Below are positions 50,828 through 60,300 of a DNA stretch of 64,000 bases, piece after piece. The notes beneath the pieces are model-generated. The model was not told where the DNA came from. It did not search any database and saw only the letters and a list, made by a program, of their open reading frames with translations. Every line of letters begins with the position of its first letter. Positions within the stretch are counted from its first letter, which is position 1. Origin of the DNA: an uncultured virus (IMG/VR IMGVR_UViG_3300030333_006991). Lineage: Duplodnaviria; Heunggongvirae; Uroviricota; Caudoviricetes. The translations under genes were made by a program, and so were the position numbers. Where the stretch lies: the IMG/VR virus record IMGVR_UViG_3300030333_006991, one strand, 5' to 3'.

Positions 50828-51637
50828 ATGGTTTACGCAGTTAGAAGATATGTAAAAGGAGTTAAAAACTCAGGAACCCGTGATATATGGGTTGGAGATT
50901 ATCTTCCTACCGAGCAAGAAATCACAAGTGATTTTGGTCGTGATGGAAAGTATGTCGTTATTCAACGAGGCAAAGGAATTAGAGGTTTTCGTAAGGTAGC
51001 CGAATACGGACCTTATGAGGTTTCTAATTCTTTTAGCGGTCAGGATTCTTACAAGAGGTCTTCCGAGTGGATGCCGAAATCTTTTGCCGCAGAAGAACAT
51101 TCTATCAATGTAAAGAAACAGATTAACATTCAGGATATTTCCGATGAAGAGTTAGACAAATTATGGGGTTCAATGCTTGATACTCCTGTGGAATCTGAAG
51201 ATGATTTCGATAGGTTTTCCCATGATACTCAAAAAATTAGGTCGGAAATCAACAGGCGATTGAATGAGAGAAGTAATCTCATCAAGGAAATGTCGGAAGA
51301 CGGTGTAGTGGCGGAATCTGCCCTTGCTGAAAATGAACATTTAGCAGAGGCTCTGAGTGCAGCACAGTTGGCGGCTGAAGAAAAGGGAGGACACTCAACG
51401 ATTGCCGTAGTTATGGCAGGAGTGACGGGGCTCGTTATTGGTGGCGTGGCTCAAGAAGTCAGATGGAGTAGAAAGATGACTGAAGCAGAAGAACGAATGG
51501 CTCGTTTGGAATCGCAAATAAATCAACTTATGGAAAAGGAAGAAGAGCGAGCAGCCGAAGAAAAGGCAGCCCCAAAAGAAAATCCACTTTCTACAAGTAA
51601 TCTACTTCGCCACTTTAACGCCAATAACATGAGGTGA
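50828..51637 (+). CDS. Hypothetical protein with TM helix and coiled coil
   Basis: GAGGTG RBS; IAVVMAGVTGLVIGGVA. Confidence 0.7.
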   Translation: MVYAVRRYVKGVKNSGTRDIWVGDYLPTEQEITSDFGRDGKYVVIQRGKGIRGFRKVAEYGPYEVSNSFSGQDSYKRSSEWMPKSFAAEEHSINVKKQINIQDISDEELDKLWGSMLDTPVESEDDFDRFSHDTQKIRSEINRRLNERSNLIKEMSEDGVVAESALAENEHLAEALSAAQLAAEEKGGHSTIAVVMAGVTGLVIGGVAQEVRWSRKMTEAEERMARLESQINQLMEKEEERAAEEKAAPKENPLSTSNLLRHFNANNMR

Positions 51638-51641
51638 AAGT

Positions 51642-52157
51642 GTGAGTAGTGAACAACCGACAGAAGATTTAGACGCTTTACGCAATAATCTTCGGGAATT
51701 GAAAAAAACTCTTGATAAACAAAGAGAAGAAGCGCAAAACGAGTTATTCAACAACTTTTTGGATGAAATAATGAAACTTGATTTGAATGATAAGAAAGCA
51801 GAATCGCTTCGTAAAGAATACCTCGATTCTCTTCAACATCTTTCCGATGAAGAACGACCTCTTGGTGAAAGAGTTTCGGAATTTATTGAATCGGATTTCC
51901 TGTATGGTGTTCTCACACATAAAAATCTTCGTTATGAAAGAGAAATCAAACGCTTTCTGAACCACCTCAATGATTTGTTGTCTTCGGCAAGTCAAGAAGG
52001 GGCTACAAAAGAATCCAAGTTTATTGAAAGATATTTTTCCAATGCTCTAAGTGGGGTGTTAGACATCATTGAGCCTGAAGAAGCCGAGGGCAATAAACAG
52101 ATGGCAGAAATGATTGTAGGAGCGTTACAAGAGCCTTTGAAAAATTGGTTCCGTTAG
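51642..52157 (+). CDS. Helical hypothetical protein
   Basis: GAGGTG RBS. Confidence 0.65.
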   Translation: MSSEQPTEDLDALRNNLRELKKTLDKQREEAQNELFNNFLDEIMKLDLNDKKAESLRKEYLDSLQHLSDEERPLGERVSEFIESDFLYGVLTHKNLRYEREIKRFLNHLNDLLSSASQEGATKESKFIERYFSNALSGVLDIIEPEEAEGNKQMAEMIVGALQEPLKNWFR

Positions 52158-52200
52158 AAGAAGTTAAATATCATCCTTGTATAGTAGATATGGTGTAACT

Positions 52201-53628
52201 ATGGCGTTTGATGATATTCTTGAACCAAATCGAAAACCTGTTGAAATTCCGAAACCTACTTCGCAACCCAAAGTGGCGAAAAAACCCGTAGATAATCTTT
52301 TAGGCAATCTTAATGCTGCTGATTTGGCAAAACGACTTGGATTGAATGAAGAATTGTCGCAGCAAGTCATTATCCCTTTGATGGCTCTTTTAGACAAACA
52401 CGGAGGGAAAATCATCGAAGAAGATGGCCCTACTGCGAATACGATTGGAACAGTATCAAATCTTATGCAGGAGTTTGGACCGCTTATTCAAGGAGCCTAC
52501 AAGTATTTTTCAGGGGTGAAAACTCAATTAAATGAAGCCGATGCTGCGCTTCTTGAGGCTAATGCTGCGGCATTGTCGGCTACGGAATTAAACTCTCTTT
52601 TCGGGTCTACTGCCGACATCGTGGACGCCACAGAAGAATCTGAAGCAGAAATCGTTACTTCCACTCGTAATAACCCCAATCTGAATCCTGTTCCCTTTGA
52701 GATGAAAACTATTTCATCCGCTCCGAAAAACCTACTTGAAACAGGTAAGGTAGATTACTATGAATTGTTAGGAGTCACACCTTCTTCAGGAAATCAAAAA
52801 GCAGACAGCGATATTTATTCACGCCAACAAGAAAATCTTGAAATCTCTAAAAGAGGAAATACAGGATGGAAGGTCTTAGGTCCGAAGGAATCTACGGTGG
52901 TGAGTAATGAAACATTGGCCGAAGAAAATGGGTTTACCTCGCAAGAAGTGAGAAACTCTGATGCGAATTATCAAATGAGTGGTGGTGATGTAACTGATTT
53001 CTCAATGGATTTACATGAAGCGACACCTGCACAATTAGAAGAAGGAGTTTCTGATATTTTACAAATGATGGAACAAGAGAAAACACAAAGGTCGTTTGAG
53101 TCGAAAAATCCTGAAGACGCATACCCTACTATGACGGCAGAAGAATTAGTAGGTCACATTAGAAATCAAGCCCGTGTAGGAGCAGGAGGTCAAACCTCCT
53201 CAGACGATGAAGGCTTCAAGAGGAAGAAAATTTCTAACTATGGAGATTGGCAACCCCCTCAAGATACTTTCAATATTCGTGGAGGAGAACAATTAGTCCG
53301 AAACGCCTTCAACATCGGAGGTCTTGCTGAAGCGATGGCAGAAGAGAACGAGCAAAGAAAACGAGAAAGTAAGGGCGAATACAACGATTCAAGAACCCCT
53401 GATACTTTACGAATAGAAGGTCTTGACGAAGCGATGACCTCGCAAAATGAAGCCTATCAAGACGAAAGTAAGTTAGATTTAGATTCTGTTGATTCCAAAG
53501 AGTGGTCTATGGGCTCTCTAAGTGATTTAAGTCCTGAAGAATTAGGTCTTGAAGATTATGAATTAGGTCCCACAGGTTCCGACCCCGAAGCAGCATCAAG
53601 AGAACCTAAAAAAGGACAAGTAAGATAG
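52201..53628 (+). CDS. Hypothetical protein, largely acidic/disordered
   Basis: Long ORF; TTAAATA box at 52165. Confidence 0.7.
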   Translation: MAFDDILEPNRKPVEIPKPTSQPKVAKKPVDNLLGNLNAADLAKRLGLNEELSQQVIIPLMALLDKHGGKIIEEDGPTANTIGTVSNLMQEFGPLIQGAYKYFSGVKTQLNEADAALLEANAAALSATELNSLFGSTADIVDATEESEAEIVTSTRNNPNLNPVPFEMKTISSAPKNLLETGKVDYYELLGVTPSSGNQKADSDIYSRQQENLEISKRGNTGWKVLGPKESTVVSNETLAEENGFTSQEVRNSDANYQMSGGDVTDFSMDLHEATPAQLEEGVSDILQMMEQEKTQRSFESKNPEDAYPTMTAEELVGHIRNQARVGAGGQTSSDDEGFKRKKISNYGDWQPPQDTFNIRGGEQLVRNAFNIGGLAEAMAEENEQRKRESKGEYNDSRTPDTLRIEGLDEAMTSQNEAYQDESKLDLDSVDSKEWSMGSLSDLSPEELGLEDYELGPTGSDPEAASREPKKGQVR

Positions 53629-53650
53629 ATACACATAAAGAGGGATTTGT

Positions 53651-54106
53651 GTGGGTCTAAAAGGTGGTAACGAGATTTGGAGGCGATTCATCGTCAATCA
53701 AATGCCTCAATGGTTAGAATGGTTAAAATCTATACACCTTCCCTCTCATATTCGTCTTTGGAATAGGTATCTCGACCTTACACCCCCTAAAAAAGCCTAC
53801 TCTTCGCTTGGAGGTTCCTCTGATGAAGAACAACTCCTTTCACACTTTTTCGTGCCGTCAGATGACTTTTGGGAACAGATGGAGAGAGAAGTAGGAGAAC
53901 AGAATGCGACTAAGATGTATCGTTTATCTTTATCTCTCACGATGGACGATTTTCTCCACGATTTAACTCTTTACGCTCAACAATTCCCTGAAATCCGAAG
54001 TATCTACGCTTTTATGGTGCAAAGAAAAGATTGGTTTGATATTCTTTTGAATCACTTGCGTTCAGGACTCTACTATAAGTGGAAACAAGAAGAACGATTA
54101 AGTTAG
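53651..54106 (+). CDS. Hypothetical protein
   Basis: ORF. Confidence 0.6.
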   Translation: MGLKGGNEIWRRFIVNQMPQWLEWLKSIHLPSHIRLWNRYLDLTPPKKAYSSLGGSSDEEQLLSHFFVPSDDFWEQMEREVGEQNATKMYRLSLSLTMDDFLHDLTLYAQQFPEIRSIYAFMVQRKDWFDILLNHLRSGLYYKWKQEERLS

Positions 54107-54202
54107 TGTTCAACTTTTACAGCCTCTAACTCGTTTAAGCAGAACCAAGCAGAAAACTAAGCAGACCTTGATACCTGTGTAAAAGGTCTTGAAGGGCGAG
54201 CA

Positions 54203-54212
54203 TTCTTATAGT
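54203..54212 (+). promoter_or_regulatory. TTCTTATAGT promoter motif
   Basis: 43 nt upstream of ATG 54246. Confidence 0.7.
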
Positions 54213-54245
54213 GGTTCTGTGAGATAATTGTTAGAGGTGTTCCCT

Positions 54246-56315
54246 ATGGTAAAAGTGGACGACATTATTGAAATCACCGACTCTGCTTACGAAAAAAACG
54301 GTATCAAATTGGAAGGTAGACGGTATTGGGTAAGAAAAGTCAAAAAAGATGGTGGCGTAAATGCTGCCCCTATTGTTCCTGAAAACTCGTTATACAAACA
54401 AGAAGCAAGTGGAGTTAATTGGGACACACTTGGATTGTCTGATAAAGGCCGCCCTCGTAGCCTACCTAAGAATGTATACTCAATCATCGGAACCATGCAA
54501 GGCGATAAAGACGGTAAAGCAATCAATAATACGGCTACTTTAACGACTTCCGCTACTACGACTCCTACTTCAACCACACAAGATGATGACGATGAAGAAC
54601 CTTCTGAAGTCCCTTCTGACGAGGATGAGGAGATAGAGGAGATTGAGATTGTTGCGGATGTTGTGGAACCTGAGGCGAAAAAGGAACAGAGTAAAACACG
54701 GTATAGTGGGAAAGTCGCCACTTCTATGAGTAAAAGTGGGTTGTGTTTTAACACTGATTTACTGATACCTTTTGAGCAAGCCCGTGAAATAGATGTAGAT
54801 AAGATACCTATTGTTGGAGGAACCACAAGAGGTTTGGTCTTGGATAAAAAGAACGGGGCTGATTTCCGTGTGCGAGTTTGTTTCAGCGCACCTGTTAATT
54901 TCCTGAATCCTACGGCTTACAAATCACAGAAAGATTTAGACGCCTCTTTGGAAAAGAACACAACAAAAGAGTTTATGGTTCTTCGACAATATCAGATTGG
55001 TAAGAAGGTCGTGGATGTGTTAGGCTCTAAGGCAAAGGAAACTCAATCCATTCAATGGCACACAAACAATCAACCGTTCAATATGGAGGCAGAAGTTGTT
55101 TCTATTCGTATGGATTGGGAAGATACTGCATCTTGGGATGCACCCCCTACCAAAATAGTAGTTGGTTTGGTAGATAGCGAAGGCGAGTCCTTTTCATTAG
55201 AACATATCGTTCAAACAGTAGATTTCGTAGGAAGTCAATCTGCCGCAGGAACAACAACTTCGGCTTCTCCTTTTGGCGCATCAATGACGACCAACACAGG
55301 GGCGAAGGGACTTCCCACATCAGATACACAATCTTCTTCACCGTTTGGTTCAGGTGTTGTAACAGGTGGTGATGCTTCACCTGCTGCTACTCCTGATAAA
55401 AAAACATCTATTAAACCTGAAGAGTTGCCTGTAAATAGATTCCCGTCTACTCAAAAGGGCGATGCTCCTGCTTTGTATGCTTTGAGGTCTATCCTTGCGA
55501 TGTCTTATGACCAAGATTTTGACGCTTTTGCACCGTTTGAAAAGGAATATGTGGTTGATTGGGATAAACAACCTTCGCTTACTTCTAAAGATACGGGTTA
55601 TGTTCAAATTGTTCTTGAAGTTAAGGATGGTCAAGGATATGTAACGAATAGGTTCCCAGGTAAGTGGGAGAACAGTGATATGTTGAAGAAACAACCTGAT
55701 ATGTGGCCTCAATATCCTCGTAGAGTTATTTTGATTCTTCCGCAAGCAGATTCTCAATATCTTTACTGTCCCGTAGATGAAATTACTCCTGATAAGGAAA
55801 CGGGTGTGAGTGCTTTAGGAAATGAAACGCTTGATTTTTCCAATCCAAATCGTGAACATTGGATTGATGAGGTTCAAGAAGTAAAATATTACGAAGCCAA
55901 AGGAATCATCAAAGATATTCAACTTTTACAATCTTACACTAAGACCACAATTGCGGGAATAGGGCAGAAGGAAACTTCAGAAGAAACTCTTGTTAAAACA
56001 TTGAAAGTAGGAGAAACCTATGAATTCGGAGTTAAGGAACCTGCATCTTCGACTATTGCACCTCTAAAAGGAAAACTTGCTAAGGTAGAAGTAATGAAAG
56101 ATGGGAGTAGAGAGAACATCTTTTTGGCGGCTGAATCTGAAAGAAGGAGCCTGAGAGTTATTGAAGATTACGAAGTATTCTTCGCTACGGAAAAGGATGA
56201 TAAAAATAATCCTCAATTCCTTATCGTTCTCGCTAACGAAAAAGGAAAAGAGAATTCAGGACAGATTATTCGGATTGATTTGAGTAAGAGCAAGGAAGAA
56301 GAAGGGAGTGATTAA
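54246..56315 (+). CDS. Multidomain hypothetical protein with T/S-rich linkers
   Basis: GAGGTG RBS; first gene of the AAA/vWA operon. Confidence 0.75.
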   Translation: MVKVDDIIEITDSAYEKNGIKLEGRRYWVRKVKKDGGVNAAPIVPENSLYKQEASGVNWDTLGLSDKGRPRSLPKNVYSIIGTMQGDKDGKAINNTATLTTSATTTPTSTTQDDDDEEPSEVPSDEDEEIEEIEIVADVVEPEAKKEQSKTRYSGKVATSMSKSGLCFNTDLLIPFEQAREIDVDKIPIVGGTTRGLVLDKKNGADFRVRVCFSAPVNFLNPTAYKSQKDLDASLEKNTTKEFMVLRQYQIGKKVVDVLGSKAKETQSIQWHTNNQPFNMEAEVVSIRMDWEDTASWDAPPTKIVVGLVDSEGESFSLEHIVQTVDFVGSQSAAGTTTSASPFGASMTTNTGAKGLPTSDTQSSSPFGSGVVTGGDASPAATPDKKTSIKPEELPVNRFPSTQKGDAPALYALRSILAMSYDQDFDAFAPFEKEYVVDWDKQPSLTSKDTGYVQIVLEVKDGQGYVTNRFPGKWENSDMLKKQPDMWPQYPRRVILILPQADSQYLYCPVDEITPDKETGVSALGNETLDFSNPNREHWIDEVQEVKYYEAKGIIKDIQLLQSYTKTTIAGIGQKETSEETLVKTLKVGETYEFGVKEPASSTIAPLKGKLAKVEVMKDGSRENIFLAAESERRSLRVIEDYEVFFATEKDDKNNPQFLIVLANEKGKENSGQIIRIDLSKSKEEEGSD

Positions 56316-56316
56316 G

Positions 56317-59300
56317 ATGGCAGAAGGAGATATTAACCTGATAGACCCTCGATTGAGTAATATCAAAGAAGTCCTTGAATGGGCGACTGAAAAATACGGT
56401 GCGGATATTCTTTCCGTAACGACTGATGTGGACATTAACACCATTACAGGTTTGTGTGGATTTGATGGAAATAAAAAGTCCCGTAAATATTTGGAGTTTC
56501 TAAACTCAGAAAATCAAGGAAAGGTGGAGAGTGTAGACGCTTCAGGAAACAGAGAAGAAGTGCCTGTATTCCTAAATCGTGAAATTAGTAACGGATTGAT
56601 TAAGGCGTCTGAAGGGCGTGTAGGAACAGCCGATGAAATGGTGAAGTCCATTGACCGCTTGAAGGAACAACTAAACAATTACTTTACAGGAGGAGGAAAC
56701 CCTACTGCAAAGGCTCTAAATGCTAAGGAATTGGCTAAAGTGCGAAGTTTCATGGGTGTAATGAGTGAAGTTTTCGGTTTCAATTCAGCCGAACAATTAG
56801 AAATGTTCATCGCTGCATGGCTCGCCCCTGATACGACCACAAGATTGAGTGGTATTCCAGGCACAGGTAAGACCACATTGATTGAGTGTGCAGCGTTAAT
56901 GTTTGGAAACTCCTATGGTTTTACATCTGATAGTGATAATCCACAGAATCAAGTTTGGGACAGTTTAAGGAGTGAAGCATTGAGGAGAGAATGGGAAGAT
57001 AGAAGATTCCAAGAACAATCTTACCGTTATCCCTTCAATTATCTTTTGAGAGATATTTACATTCCTTCTCAATTTGTTAGCGCACAAGATGGAAACAAAA
57101 CCAATTTCACTCTTTCAGAATTCAAATCCAAAACGAAGGATTTTGTGAAAGGCGAATACGGTATTGGTGGGCGTTTATTGAACGACTATTTCCATATAGC
57201 ACAAAAGGCACTTCAAGATAATGGCATCATCTTATTCGCTGATGAAAAGGGCATAATTCCTCATGTTAGTGGGGCAAGCCTACAAGATTACACCGAATAC
57301 ACTACGACTAATGGTTGGTATAAGCACCCTCCTCTTACAGACCAAGAAATGTCTGAAGGCGTAGATTTCGCTTTCTACGAAGGTATCACTACAAACAATT
57401 TCAAGAATCTGTATAACGCTTATCGAGCGGCCTATGATGCAGCCTCAAAAGGAGAAAGAGGAGAGCCACTTTCCGTTGGAAACGATAATGCGGCTGATTT
57501 AGAGAAGGCGTTACTTTACTACAATAATCAAACCGTTGTTGAATCAGTTATGAATATGATTAAGCAATTTGAAAGTGGGAAAAGAAGTGCAAGAAGGTTC
57601 ATTTCTAAGGTTTACTATGATGCACGAACCGAAAATGATGCAGGGCTGAAAAGAATAGACAGCGAAATGCGTAGAGAAATTGGTATCGCAAAGGTGGATA
57701 AAGATAAGAGAGCCGAACAACTTCTTTACGGTGTGGATATTACTGCACAGGAAAGAGGGGAGCGAACAGGTTTAACGCAGTATGAGTTTACTCCTTACCC
57801 CCGTGAAATCGTGACGCAACCTATCAAATTCTTCAACGAAGTAAATCGTTCTCAGGCGTCAGTAGAAGACGCTATTCTCGGTTTGATTGCGGAAAAGGAA
57901 GTTGAATACCGTGGACAGGTTTTCTCTTCGCCTAACTTTACAGCGTTTATGGACACCAACCCCCATGTAGGAGGTAACGATTTAGCATTTACAGACCGTA
58001 TTGATATGGAATTGATGTTCCCGTCAGCATTACTTGACCAAAGGTATAAGATTCTAAAAGGTAGCCTTAGTGCAGAATCTCAAGCGAAGGCTACGCAAGG
58101 AGTCGAAAAGCCAACACCTCGTAGAAGAGTGCTTAGAAAGATTCTTGATGGGGAAATCACCCCTCTGCGATATGAGGAATTGAAGCGTATTTGGCAAGAC
58201 ACGAAAATGGTGAGTTATGAAACTTCAGGATATAATGCTCTGATGGATATTGCTATTGTTTCAATGTTGTTTGCACAACGCTACGGTGTGCATGAACCTT
58301 TGGCAGAAGTTAGTTTGGATTTCGCTGTGCCGTTCAAGGCTGAAAATCCTAACATGATTACTCACGATAGAAACTCAGGTGACTTTCAATCATCTTTGAA
58401 GCCGTTGAATTCTTCAGGATATTTCATTGACGCATCTATTTCAGAAAGTAAGGCTTATCGAAATGATTTGACTAAAAGTATTCAAGCCATCAGTCGTGGT
58501 CATGGTGCTATGGCTTTGATGGATAGAGTGCTTGCTTTCCGTTTCACAAATAGCCTTGCTAAACTGAGTAGGGCTCTTGCTTATTTGCGAGGAAACGCTT
58601 ATGTTACTCGTAAGGAAATCATGGATGTTCTACCGTATGTGGTTGGACATCGTATTGGCCGTTCTAAGGGTGACGGAGGAAACATGGAATATGGTATCAA
58701 GAGTGAGGCTGCGAGTCAATTCGCTTCAGGTCAAGAGTTTGTAAGAGAAGTTATCGTCAGTGGTTATCTTGAAAGAGATGTGGATTCTTTTGGAGCAAGA
58801 GAAATGGGACGCACAGGAGATTGGTCACAAAGTCGTTGGGTTGAATGGGATTCAACGATTGCTCAGGCTCGTAGAGATTTAGCGTCAGCCCGAACCTATG
58901 CAGAATATGAAATGAAAATGTGGGCTATGGCTCGGTTGGCGTCAGGAGATGGAAACCCTGAAACACAATCAGGAACAGGCGACCCTATGCCATATCTGAT
59001 TTATCGTTTGGTCTTGATGGAGGAAATGGCCGCCACGGAACCCAATAAAATGTTGCATCCTTTCATCAATCCTGAAAATGAAACCCGAATCCCTGAGGTC
59101 TACGACAAACGAGTAGAATATTATCAGAATAAAATAAGTGACTTCCTTACTTCAACGGAAAATTATGCGGCTGCTGATGCTGCTATCCTTAGAAGAAAGG
59201 TGGCTCTTGAAAGATGGTTGTCTATCGAAGATAAATTGGCCTTATTGAACCAAGTAGATTCGTTAATTGATGGTATCACAGGCTCTCAATTACCTGATAA

Positions 59301-60252
59301 TTTCGGTCCTGAAATGACTTCAGGAGATGCCGAAGACGCTCAAGCAGGTGGCAACCTTAAATTGTGGGGTCTTTATGGGGCTTGCACAGATGAATTACCT
59401 GAATCTTTCAAGGAAATTGACTTGGATGATATACGAACCTATCTTGGATTCCCTACCAATTCTTTCATTAGAGGTCACACATGGTATGGGGGTAGCAATA
59501 CAGGAAGAGCCTCACAAATTCTTTATCAAGGAAATACCGATTGGCTAATGGAAGACGCATACAGAGGTATCAAGAACGCAGGAGGTTCAGATGGAGATGC
59601 GCTTTCAGAAGGCACGGCTATCTACCCGACAGCAAGTAAAAGAAATGTCCAACAAAGTATTATTTTGCGAGGTTCTGTAAGAACGGATGAAGAGGTTCAA
59701 AACATGAGAGATAAAATTGAAAATCTTCTCAATGAAATAGACCAATCATTTGAATTCTATGCAGGTTGTGAATTAGAAGTTGGAGCCGCAGGAAAACCTT
59801 CAGAGATGGGGCTTAGTGAATTGATTGCGGAGATAAATGATATGGTAACAGAGATGAATGTTGCCACGATTGATACAGATGTTGAAAAGGCTTACATTTG
59901 TGAAGTCGGCAATCGTGAAAGAGAGTTTGAGAATCCTGTCCGTGACCTTGATATGTGGGATGAAACCGCTTTGAAGATACTCGGAACGGATGAAGATAGA
60001 TTACGATTATACATTGATTTCACAGGAGATAGTGCAGGAAAATATGTTGAAATCAATTTCTGTCTTGCGTCCACTTTCGTTCACTTGTCGGAAGAAAACA
60101 ATCTTGAAGTTGTAAGCATTACAGATAACGACCCGTTGCGAGCCGCTACTCTTGGAGCCACATATCAAAACCGTAACACTTTCTTCGATTTAGGTAACAT
60201 GACTCGGTATGCTGCTTTGCTATTCGACATCCTCGCAGAAAAATATGCGTGA
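56317..60252 (+). CDS. Large MoxR-like AAA+ ATPase with long insertion
   Basis: Walker A LSGIPGTGKTT; Walker B-like FFNEVNR; FMDTNP; AFTDRID; ALAYLRG..YVT...VLPYVVGHR lid. Confidence 0.85.
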   Translation: MAEGDINLIDPRLSNIKEVLEWATEKYGADILSVTTDVDINTITGLCGFDGNKKSRKYLEFLNSENQGKVESVDASGNREEVPVFLNREISNGLIKASEGRVGTADEMVKSIDRLKEQLNNYFTGGGNPTAKALNAKELAKVRSFMGVMSEVFGFNSAEQLEMFIAAWLAPDTTTRLSGIPGTGKTTLIECAALMFGNSYGFTSDSDNPQNQVWDSLRSEALRREWEDRRFQEQSYRYPFNYLLRDIYIPSQFVSAQDGNKTNFTLSEFKSKTKDFVKGEYGIGGRLLNDYFHIAQKALQDNGIILFADEKGIIPHVSGASLQDYTEYTTTNGWYKHPPLTDQEMSEGVDFAFYEGITTNNFKNLYNAYRAAYDAASKGERGEPLSVGNDNAADLEKALLYYNNQTVVESVMNMIKQFESGKRSARRFISKVYYDARTENDAGLKRIDSEMRREIGIAKVDKDKRAEQLLYGVDITAQERGERTGLTQYEFTPYPREIVTQPIKFFNEVNRSQASVEDAILGLIAEKEVEYRGQVFSSPNFTAFMDTNPHVGGNDLAFTDRIDMELMFPSALLDQRYKILKGSLSAESQAKATQGVEKPTPRRRVLRKILDGEITPLRYEELKRIWQDTKMVSYETSGYNALMDIAIVSMLFAQRYGVHEPLAEVSLDFAVPFKAENPNMITHDRNSGDFQSSLKPLNSSGYFIDASISESKAYRNDLTKSIQAISRGHGAMALMDRVLAFRFTNSLAKLSRALAYLRGNAYVTRKEIMDVLPYVVGHRIGRSKGDGGNMEYGIKSEAASQFASGQEFVREVIVSGYLERDVDSFGAREMGRTGDWSQSRWVEWDSTIAQARRDLASARTYAEYEMKMWAMARLASGDGNPETQSGTGDPMPYLIYRLVLMEEMAATEPNKMLHPFINPENETRIPEVYDKRVEYYQNKISDFLTSTENYAAADAAILRRKVALERWLSIEDKLALLNQVDSLIDGITGSQLPDNFGPEMTSGDAEDAQAGGNLKLWGLYGACTDELPESFKEIDLDDIRTYLGFPTNSFIRGHTWYGGSNTGRASQILYQGNTDWLMEDAYRGIKNAGGSDGDALSEGTAIYPTASKRNVQQSIILRGSVRTDEEVQNMRDKIENLLNEIDQSFEFYAGCELEVGAAGKPSEMGLSELIAEINDMVTEMNVATIDTDVEKAYICEVGNREREFENPVRDLDMWDETALKILGTDEDRLRLYIDFTGDSAGKYVEINFCLASTFVHLSEENNLEVVSITDNDPLRAATLGATYQNRNTFFDLGNMTRYAALLFDILAEKYA

Positions 60253-60300
60253 ATGGGCAAACTGAAATAGCAGGACAGATAAGTGTATACAGGGATTACA

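Noticed and set aside
56900..57800. Intein in the AAA+ insertion
   Set aside because: No recognisable splice-junction (C...HN-C/S/T) or LAGLIDADG motifs
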